DNA of 58,311 nt, filler included, from Sphacelaria rigidula (Eukaryota): the NCBI GenBank assembly GCA_964200075.2. It is 9 parts of 9 records of this genome, joined end to end, with 100 filler letters (N's around TTAATTAATTAA, not from the genome) between each part and the next. Parts side by side here need not be neighbours in the genome. Positions count along the whole stretch, not along the records: positions 32,452 to 38,841 come from CAXNAA020020366.1; positions 38,942 to 45,331 come from CAXNAA020020367.1; positions 45,432 to 51,821 come from CAXNAA020020368.1; 6 more parts are not named here. One strand, written 5' to 3'. A program made the position numbers and the translations under genes. Shown here piece after piece: positions 37,022 to 47,229 of this stretch (position 1 is its first letter; each line of letters opens with the position of its first letter). The notes beneath the pieces were generated by a model. That model saw only the letters and a list, made by a program, of their open reading frames with translations. It had not been told where the DNA came from and searched no databases.

Positions 37022-38760
37022 CTCTCCACCCAAAACGTAAAAAACCAGAAAAGCGTACTGCCGAAAAGGGGCGGCGTCAATCATGAAAAGCCACTCATGT
37101 AAAAAAACAACACGTCAGAGCCTGATTCCTTGGCCACGTGATTGGGCGTGTGCCTCTCAGCAGATTATTGCTGCAACCAACAAATCGGGTATACCTTTAA
37201 TAATAGAACTGTATCTCATCACTTGTTCTTCACCCATATGTCATGGTCCAATCACAATATCCATTTCCTTCGCATCCAGGCCTGCGTACATGTATCAATC
37301 ATTGAGTGTGAGTATATTCGATTAGCCCTCCTACTCACGGCTCAACTCTACTCAATTCTCAAGTCTCATACTCTCATATTTGATTAGCCCTCCTACACAC
37401 GGCCCAATTCTACTAATGTCTCAAACCCTAGCAGATAATATTCAATGCTATATTACCAAGCACAAAAACTCGTCCCACCCGTGTATAGACATACGATAAC
37501 GCCGTCTACTCAGCAAACTGAAATTCCTTCCTTTAGTCCTTTTCCTCAATGCTTCATGACATATTCATGCTTTTCATCCATCCCATCACGCCTTCCAGTA
37601 CTGAAAAGAACTTGGATTCCAAAACTGAAATCATCGCAAACCAAAATGTCAAAAATCCCAGAGATATATTCGACAATATAGAAAAGTACATCAACCACAC
37701 GCAAAGTCGAAAACCAGTCCAGTTTCCGATATTTACTACTGCAACGTTTACGGCACTCGAAGTCCATCACTTAAAACCATTGAAAAATAGTTTGGTCTGC
37801 AATAAAAAAACAAATTCGGTCGTACTTGTCGAGAATAAAAAAAGGGTTCACTGCAAATTTAAAAATCTTGCAACCGTGGCCTCGTACCGCTACGTTTCTG
37901 GGGTGGATAAATATTCCTGAAAACAAATCAAACCACCTCAAACCAAACCAATATACCAGTGCGCTGCAGACTCTACATAATATTCATGACAATATCACGG
38001 TGAAACTCAAAAGACTCTGTCGGCAACACTTTAGTGAGGAAATATGCATGTTGATACTCCGATCTCACGTGAATAACCGAAACCTCATTCCTCCCAACCA
38101 ACTCCCTGATATAATGATGCCGTACGTCGATGTGCTTGGAGTTGGAGTTCGTGGTTGGATTATTTGCCAACTGAATAGCTCCCTGATTATCCTCAAACAC
38201 CGGGATGCATGGCATTCTCATCTGCGGCAACATGAAACGCTAAACCTGTCTCAGAAACAATACCTCCTTCAGAATATCTGCAATGGCAACGTACTCTGCT
38301 TCCGTTGTGGACAGCGTCACACACTTCTGGGTCCTTGAAAACCGAGACACACATCCACCTCCACACATCACTAGCCCTCCTGATACCGACCGACTATCAG
38401 CCGCCTTACTTGCGTAGTCGGCATCTGCAAACACATGAAAGCTCAACTCCTGTATACTTCCTCTGCGAGGAGAAATCCCCAGCGAACTTGTTCGCCTAAC
38501 ATATCCCAAAATACCAAGCGCAGCACGCCAATGAAGGTGTTTTGGTGAGGCACAGTACCTCGCTACTGCACGTACTGCGTGAGATATGCCTGGTCTCGTT
38601 TGAGTTGTCAGCCACATCAGTGACCCCATCAATTCCCGGAACGGAAAGTATGTTGCCTACTCTTCTACACTGAACTCTTCAAGCTTCGCACCAACAGCGA
38701 TGGGGATACTCTTTCCCCACTCTATTCCGTATTCCTTCGCCAACTCTCCGGCGTATAACA
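37022..38760 (-). mobile_element. Ty1/Copia LTR retrotransposon 3' part: RT end + RNase H (37973-38760), ~950-bp 3' UTR, candidate PPT at 37022-37031
   Basis: Motifs are GSLMWLTTQTRP, FADADYA..RSVSG, QKCVTLSTTEAEYVA, FEDNQGAI, SKHIDVRHHYIRE and QHAxxLTK. In-frame stops (e.g. 38240) indicate inactivity. The PPT-like sequence is GGGTGGAGAG. Confidence 0.93.
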
Positions 38761-39410
38761 ACAAATTGTGCGAATTGAGATTTAACTCCGAGATGAGGTT
38801 CAACCCTACAACAGTGCTTTCCCCGCACTTTCAGCGATGGTNNNNNNNNNNNNNNNNNNNNNNNNNNNNNNNNNNNNNNNNNNNNTTAATTAATTAANNN
38901 NNNNNNNNNNNNNNNNNNNNNNNNNNNNNNNNNNNNNNNNNCCAATCCGCGAAACAACAATGGATGGCGTGTACCGGGGGAGAGATGGGTTGATCCCTTG
39001 AGACCACGGACTCATCCCGAGGAAGGGGAGGGGTTCAAAGGGCGACAAACAAGAAATAAAAAGTAATACTTCACGTATTTATTAACGTGCCACCCAGCGC
39101 AAGCAACGAGATTGGTTCGGTTGAGGTTCGGATTCTCGGCGCTCTTTCCCCGTGTTTTGTTCATGCTGTAGTCCTACGCCCCATCAAGTGAAACGCGGGC
39201 AATGGGGCAACAAAAAGCACTCTCCAGTCGTCGTCTATATTGTACTGCTATGCTCATCGGCAAAAAACCCTGCAACCGCCAATCGTGAGAGGTGCGTTTT
39301 CACCTGCTGCGCGGCAAGTGCACTGGGCGACCGCTTCACGTTCACGTGTCCTTTCATTTATTTTTTACTCAGCTCTTTTTTGTGCGCTGAACTGTTTGTT
39401 TTTGGCGCAG

Positions 39411-42312
39411 GTCTCCACGCCATCTGCAGGCGTTGGTTACAAGATCGCATTCATGGTGTATCAGAGGTGCAAGCCGTGTCTATGCCTTTTCAATGCAGGG
39501 AGCGAGGGGCAGGAGGGCTCGCCGAATATTCTCCCTGCCATTGTCAGAGGAGACCGGATGCTAGACGTGAGCTGTTTGATTTTCACAGGGGCGTGGTTGA
39601 TGTGCGCAGTTGGATGACATCGATGCTCATTCGTCGCACTGTTGGGTGCTTTTCGAAGCATATGTACTTGAAACCATCATGCTCCTCTAAAACCAGACTT
39701 TCTCCCCCTTTCTATATCTCAACAGCAAACCACACGCTACCGTGTCTGTTTTGTCCGACTCGTTTGTATTTTGGAGACTCGCACGGCTGCAGGCCGGGAC
39801 TGTATAGTGCGTTTTTTTTGTCAAGATCTAGCAAGAATTGACTCGTTTGTCGCTGTCGTTCACGAAATTTCGAAGCCTGACGTCATGTTCCTCGCTTCTT
39901 TTCGCCAGCATCTGCTGTTTTTTTTGTTTGTTTTGGACACAGCGTTTTCTCGGGTGTTGCGGGACGTTTCACGTACTCCTGTATCCATCGGCAACAACTG
40001 CGGGAGAGAAGGCATGCACCCCTCATGTATATGAGTTTCATAGCGGTACCCCCCCGTCCTTTCTTATCGCCATAATCGCATTGGTCTTTAGGTGCACGAC
40101 TACAAGGAGGCTTCGGAGATTCCCGAAATTATTAACGCGTGGTTCGAGAAACGGTTCCCCACGAGGAGGCGTGATGGCTCTCGCGACGTTAGAGGGTTGC
40201 GTACGGAGCGTGGTCGCAGGAATGCGTCGCGTGATCGAGGTGGCGCAGTGGACAGTAAAAGGTTAGTTGTGATTGTGAGGGACGGACATCTCTTCGTGCC
40301 TGCCATGTGTGCTGTTGGCGCCATGTCGTGCTTGTATTGAGGCAGATGACAGCGGGATGATGATGGACGTGCCTGTTTCGTGTCCTACGCGACCCAGTAT
40401 GTGGTATACATCCTGTCGTGTGTAGTGCTGTTCGTAAGGTGTAGGAAATACATGTAGGTGGCGCGCCTGAGGGGATATGTAGTTTGTAATCCCGTTTGTT
40501 TAGTACATCGCTACTTTAGGGGGCTCGTCGACGTGTATTTCAGTTATCAGCGAAAGTTACGCGGAGCAGGGGTTTTTGTGGCGAGAAAGACCATGTCTAG
40601 TCCTGTGTGCTGTTTGATGAACCCTATCACACGTCTCGAGCTTGCTCCTTCTCTTGATCATTGTGCCGTGGACATGGTCCGAACTTCCCATGCACTGTCT
40701 TCGTGTTGACATTACGTGCTTACGGTTTACAGTGCTGGTGACGGCGGGCGTGATATCAAGGGCGGCGATGAAGGCAAGAACGCCAAAAAATTAGCATCAG
40801 GTGCGGAGTACGTGCAGTAGATGGCCGCTCCGAATTTGACCGCGAATCTCAACACACGCGAGTGCCGATTCTTGTTTCTTGCGTCGAGCAGTGTCGCAAT
40901 TTACTAGAGGCGATCGCAATGGAGATTCGGTGATTGTCCAACACACAGATGATGCTGTTGAGTCGTGTTATTTGGGTGGGACAGCAAGTTGGTGCATGGC
41001 GTTGGAAATCCCTCTCCGCGGCGGTTAGGGGCTGTCGCCCTGAGGGCTGAGAGCCGGTATGATGATTGTGGTGTGCTGTCTGGTTAGGCTATAACAGTGT
41101 GATGTACGTGTAGATCATCCGTGGCGTACACACAACATGCAAATGGCGGTTCCCAGTGCGGAAAAATTCCACGGTTAGGACGAATAAAATCGTAATTCAA
41201 CTCATGTTCATTATTTTAACGAATAAGTCATACGATTCGTACATCATGTTAATTCATACAGGTTTTGAACTCTTGAGTCGTGCAGTAAACCGTCAAAAGT
41301 GTCTGTTTCCTACCTTCAGCTTATTCGGGGTAAATCATGGGCACATATTTATCCCCTGTAGTTCATGTGGAATGAACCGGTTGTACATGCCACCCACTCT
41401 TATGTCATGAGGCGTGAATGACGTGTACATTTGTAACATGTGTGGTTCGTGCGGGACGAAGAGTCTGCACATGGCCACGTACATGAGCCTTGAATCACAG
41501 TTTTTTCCCATCTGTCAGGCGCTGTAGATGACTCCACTGCATATGTTATCCACCCTCGGGTTCATGCGGGACCAACAGTCGGCATATGATTGAATCCTGT
41601 CATTTCATGGAGGCTCAACTTGTATGAACCCTGATTTGTCCTAACCGTGAACGATTCTGCATGACACGAATGAGTGACATATTCGAAGCGGGCTACCGTG
41701 AAACACTTGTCGTAGCAAACGTACGAGAAGAGCGAATCCTCTCGCTTCCGCGTCGCCGAGACGTCTAACAACAGGCAACAGTCGCGTGAAATGCCCATGT
41801 TGGAGAAACTCGGATACTCATCAATCCACCCACGCGCACGCGCTCTTTGTCTCTTTACTGCCTCTTTATTGTGCCCCTCAGCGGGCAACGGTCATGCCTC
41901 TGAGAGGGAAAATGATGCAAACCAGTCATCCGCCGACGGTGGTGAGGGAGACATCGGCGGCGCGGAGAGCGCTGTAAGCAACGACGACGAAAGTCGTTCC
42001 GAAGATGACGCGGAGGAACACGAGGAGGTGGAGGATGCCACCGGGGATCACGCCACTGGTGGGGATGAGGTAGGCCGCGGGGACGAGATCAGGGGTGGCC
42101 GCCGAGACCGCGATGTTGATGACGATGATGTCGAGGACGAGGATGAGGATGAGGATGTGAGGGATGACGATGATGCTCCTGATGGACGCTACACTTCGGA
42201 GGATGGCGTTCCCGACGAAGGGGGGAGTGGTAGCGGCGAAGAGGGAGAAGCAAGGGACAGGGAGGGGGGAGAGGATGGTAGCCCGGGCTGGATGAGCTCG
42301 GATGAGGCGTGA
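39411..42312 (+). CDS. DNPH1: DNPH1/Rcl-like 2'-deoxynucleoside 5'-phosphate N-hydrolase domain protein with an acidic tail, 5'-partial; exons 39411-39566, 40092-40261, 40733-40800, 41882-42312
   Basis: All junctions are AG/GT and phase-compatible. The spliced peptide VSTPSAGVGYKIAFMVYQRCKPCLCLF...LPAIVRGDRMLDVHDYKEASEIPEIINAWFE aligns with human DNPH1 VTQPSLGVGYELGRAVAFNKRILCLF...LSAMIRG...VWDYEEGEVEALLDRYFE (human sequence recalled from memory). Confidence 0.78.
41170..41649. mobile_element. 480-bp MITE with 16-bp TIR CACGGTTAGGAC(G/A)AAT (CACTA/Chapaev-like termini), intronic
   Basis: The inverted match between 41170-41185 and 41634-41649 is 15/16. The interior is AT-rich with TTCATACA subterminal motifs. 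No TSD is recognisable. Confidence 0.55.
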
Positions 42313-44561
42313 TTAGTTCTCGTCTGATGCGTATACTGTACGCGTTTTGCTTTTTGCGTTTTTTTGTTTCTGGGATGTTTGGTCGTTGTACCCAGAACGT
42401 TCACAACTTCGTTTCATGCGTTCAGTTTGGTGGGGATTGTGGGGGCTTCCGAGCGCCGCGTGTGGGGTAGATGCGGGATCATCAGCGTAAAGGAAGGCGT
42501 ATGTGTGACCTCGTGTGTGCTTGCCTTCAAAGTTGCCTCATCACGTCCGCATTCGTGCACAGTTCTTCTGTCGGTCGTCGGCCGGCTATTCTCTTTACGA
42601 TGACCATGGGCAAGAATGGGGGCGTGTTGGGACAGCGCGTGTGGTATTCGAGACTTCTCACGTTTGGCTGGGGCTTATCGCGTCCTCGACGGTGCGAAGA
42701 AACTGGCAGCTTCTTGTACATGAGGTAGTTGCTTGGTTTGGTGCTTTTGAGCCTCGAGTTTTGAGGTTCGTCCTGGTCGTAGACTGCTGAAAAAAAGAAT
42801 GTTCAGTAGCGTGAGTCTTGACCGGACAATCACGTGTTCGAGCCAAACTTACTCGCCTCAAGCCACATGTCTGTTTTTTCCGCATGGGGGTGTCTTTGAA
42901 TGTTTCGCGAGCGACAGGGGATGAGTGCAACTGGGGTACGCACTCGAGATGCATACATATGCATGAATATATATATGTCTATATCGTAGTTTGAGATGGT
43001 CATGACCAACCAAAGAGTTTTGTACACGCGAAGATGCTCTTCAAGGTGAAGACAAACTGGTACTAAGCAGGGTAGGGATTTCGCTGCCTTCAAGTCTTGA
43101 GTAACGGTGTAGGGAAGGCCTGATTATCAGCCTGGATTGAGAGCGCCTTCTTAATTTTGTGTGTACCTACGGTATTTGTTGATTTCTTAGCCGCTCACGG
43201 GTGGTCATCTGTTGAAACTACAAAAGTTGCGCTAGAAAAATTATTTTCGCAGACCTGGGTGTGGATCTACGGTCCCTGCAAGGGTTGAACATGGCCGGTT
43301 TCGTTTATCGCTGCCCTCTAAAGATCAAAATATGTTCACGTATCTATTCAAAACCTAACGGAATCCTCTTCAGCTACGATGTGGTCAATTTTGCTCTGCA
43401 TTCTAGCGAGCGTTTGGAGTTGCATCGGTGTGACTTCTGGACCAACCCGTAGCGTTGTTCCGGTGCGGCACACGCCATCCTGAGAAGAAGAATGCCCGCA
43501 GTTTTTCAGTTTTGGCCAACATTATCATTGAAAGTGAACTCTGATAGGCCCGAATCTCGGTATACGGGGACACGGACATCCTGGTGATGCTGTCAGCATG
43601 ATCCGTGAACAAGCACAGCACACAAGACGAACACCAGATGCCACAAATTATGCTAGCGAAATGGCCGCGCATTCAGGTGTAAGCATTTTTGGGACATTTT
43701 TAGGCACAACTCTGTAGAAACATCAACTGCCCCAGATGTGACCACCTCATTTGTCCTCCTTACATCATCGCTCACAGCACCGACCCGGATTACGAAAATT
43801 GGGGATATCCTCCCTTGTACTTGGAACGGGAAGGGGATTGTAATGGCGGCTTGCCAAGCTTACATGCAATGAACAAAATCTGGGATAAATATGGGCCTAC
43901 ATGACCCATGTACGTTCGCAAACACGGTTGGCAGACTGTGCACTCGCGGAGATGAGGAAGAGGAACAAGAGCGAGCCCGACCTTGTTCCTGCTCGCCCAA
44001 TCTGGTCCAAGTCCAAGGCAAAGTATCCCCAATTTCCATTGTCGGGGTCGTCGGGTTTGGTGCTGTGAGGGATGATGTACGGTCTCGTTCATTTTTGCTC
44101 ACAGGCAAGACTTGTGAGGACCTTTCACACGTTTCACGAACGGTTCTACTCTGTGCTCGGATTCGACTACACCATGTGCAAAGTTGTCAATCTACTGAGT
44201 CGGCATCGCGTCACTTGTTCAATTCCAATTCCACAAAGTCATGCTTCTGCTGCGGGTAAAAAGTCGACTACCCGGTTATTTGCCCCTCTGTTTTTGCTTT
44301 AGGGTTTTCGCTATATTTTCCAGTCTAAAACTCCCGTTGATCTGAGTTTTGGTGGAAAAACTTTGCCGAACAGAAACCAAACGCATACTGCTCCAAGAGG
44401 CACCTGGACACAGCAGTTGCTGCTGCCTACAACACCGTTCTCGTGAGATTGAGAGTAGAGCGCTGATTGAGAGTGGCTTTGGTGATTAGCTTCCACATGG
44501 CGATTTTTTCGTTCTGCGTGTGCTGTTCTTTGCCTCTATCACTTCCGCGTGGGCGCTTACA

Positions 44562-44756
44562 TTAGTTTGCTGGCTGCTGCGGCTGCTGCTGAGGGCTTGC
44601 CTGCGACCCTCCATCGCCGGAGGATCCGCCGCCGCCACCACGTTTACCTCGTCTTTTGCCCTTGTGCTGACGATGCTGATGGCGCGCGGCACTAGACTTT
44701 GACTGCCCAGACTCTCCACCAGAAGACGTTGGGCAATCACGCGCGTAATGGCCGAC
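44562..44756 (-). CDS. Terminal exon encoding the second half of a CCHC zinc knuckle plus a Gly/Gln-rich tail (absent from the ORF track)
   Basis: ttttccaaacaag|GTC GGC CAT TAC... reads VGHYARDCPTSSGGESGQSKSSAARHQHRQHKGKRRGKRGGGGGSSGDGGSQASPQQQPQQPAN*. GHxxxxC is the knuckle motif. Confidence 0.55.
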   Translation of the reverse strand, partial: VGHYARDCPTSSGGESGQSKSSAARHQHRQHKGKRRGKRGGGGGSSGDGGSQASPQQQPQQPAN

Positions 44757-47229
44757 CTTGTTTGGAAAAGTCTAGACTCACATGGCTTGAGTACTCACTG
44801 CTCAACCCAAAACGTAGAAGGCAGTCTCGCACAGCGTCCGCTGTCGAAGATGGAGTCACAGAAGCAGAAGTGTAAAGTTGTCTGTTATTATCTCGTTTAC
44901 ATCAAACCGCCCATGGGTAGGAAGGCACACTCACAGAAACAACACAACACGGTGGGGGGAGAGATGCGCCTCCGCATCTCCGTCGAGAATCCTTCTCGAC
45001 CTACGGCAAATATCTCCTGTTTCATCCCGCAGAAACATACCATGTATCACAAAACAGAGGATTCTACAAAATGAGGTTCATCCATGAAATGAGGTTCGAG
45101 CTCACAACAGTACTTTCCCCACGCTTTCAGCGACGGTGCCCAATGACTTTCTTGTCGGCGTAATGCCCCTCGATTGCGTAGATACTTCTTCAGCGCATTT
45201 TATCGACTCTGTGAACTTACAGCGCTATCCAAAACCGCCATTTCTACTTATTTTTTAGGGGGGGGGGGGGGATATCAGGGAAAACAGCAGTTTCGGGCAG
45301 CGCTGTAAGCTTACAGAGTCGGTAAAATGCGNNNNNNNNNNNNNNNNNNNNNNNNNNNNNNNNNNNNNNNNNNNNTTAATTAATTAANNNNNNNNNNNNN
45401 NNNNNNNNNNNNNNNNNNNNNNNNNNNNNNNCCATACAGCGCCTGATGTTCCGGTTCAGGCTGCATGAAGCGCCTTATATTGGCGACAATATTAGCTAGA
45501 ACGAACCCAAGCGTGGGAATTCCCTGCTTCTCGTTGTGCTCGGCTTTTCCTATTTCGATTTCCGTGAAGATTTTGCCTCCCAAAACCATACACTTTTTTT
45601 GGGGGGGTGTACTCATGATCATGCATGCCATAGTCATCAGATCATTGACCTCGCATCCCTACAAAGCCGGGACGGAGCACGCCGGGTTTTCGCCGGACCA
45701 GGCTCGTCACTTTTTGGAGGGGGGCTCTCGTAGAAAGTGTCAGTAGTTCTGTGACGAGCAGACGCTCATATGTTTGAGTTCAGGTTAGACCGTATACAAA
45801 TGCTACGACCTCTGTAATGAAATCCATTGTATAGACCAAGTTCGATGCACGAAATGGACACTGAAAATACACTATTATGTATGGCTACCTGCTGTATGCG
45901 CGAAGTATATAGCAAATATCCAACGAGTCCGAGGGCCGTAGTTCTGGGACTCGGACTCCTTGAATCGGAGATAGACAGAGTCTTCAATACATGGTCACCT
46001 TCGGCAGTTTTCCCGAATGACTCGGAAGACGTGAGTCACATATCGAGCTCGTTTTCCTCACATAAGTTGCATGAGCCCACGCAGACTCTACCTCATTTCC
46101 CCTATCGATTGGATAGTATTGAGGCTGGTCAAATTCGTTCAGTATGTTTGCATGACTCCAGTCAGAATTGCCCTTTATTTCGAAATGACTCGAATGCCTC
46201 CAGTTCGACTCGTTGTCATTTACTGGTATAACTGGTATGAGTCGAGTCTTCTCAATTTTCGGGATGGCTCGAGTAAATATAAATATGACAGAGATTGACA
46301 CTAAAAATGCTAACATGAACAAAGAATTGCACAAAAACGTATTACAGCATTGTCCAAAATGAAAAGCCTGTCACTTACACCCAATACGCACTTCCTCTTA
46401 GCAGGCACTGTCATGCCGAGGATGGCAACACCCACAACACCGGCAAATATGGAATGGCCCCTTGAGATACAGACGCGTGCCTAGGTAGGTAGTGGAGGAG
46501 TTCAAGGAATGACAACACGTATTGGCAGAGAAACACAAACAAGAGTTGGGTGCCATAGTGCACTTTGGCACCTTCAAAAGTTCTTAGAGAAAAAAGGCAT
46601 AGGCAACGTAGTGCACAAGGAGATACGCAGAAATCGCACAGATAGACATGGCCCTCAATACAGAAAGCTACATGCGACTATACGGCTCTACAAGGAATGC
46701 CGCTCGACGCAGGTCACTGCGTGATGATCGCCGTGCACACAGGTGTTTCTGGCGTTCTCACAAGCACTGTGTGCGAGATTAAGCGTACAGTCGCGAGCGC
46801 CACTCCCCTCGTTCTCAAGCGCACACATATGGAGAGTCAATGTATACTCTATCGTGGTGTACAGGACTCCACGCTCCATCAATTCGCGAAGTTCGTCATC
46901 CCCTCTGCTACTCGACATGTACACATAGATCTACTACATTCACACCCTCAACAAGGCGAAATCATGTTGATCCGTCTCTTTCTGCTACGTGCAGAGCGCC
47001 CGTGTGCTGCGTAGTTGATTGAAACCACACCAATACCGCGTACGTTCCTGCAGCGAAGTAGAGCACTGCCCCTGCCGATGTCCTTGGTACCCAGCATCAA
47101 CAGTGTCCGAGTCTACTGCAATTTCTGAGCACCCGCCAAGCCAGAGGAAGGAAGATTCTGCTATAATATATGTGATGTTAATTTTCTCCTCATGCGAAGC
47201 CAGCGTTTACACGTTCGTCAGGTGTCCCT

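Noticed and set aside
32610..38760. RT plus adjacent tRNA-like RNA as a retron-, DGR- or defence-like RT system
   Set aside because: The RT carries an APE domain and RTE motifs and is broken by stops. Its neighbours are an ordinary SINE and a Copia fragment in eukaryotic DNA.
46688..47014. Additional coding exon(s) downstream of the contig-8 gene
   Set aside because: They would need a GC donor at ~47262, and the upstream exon already reaches a stop at 47230. There is no independent support.
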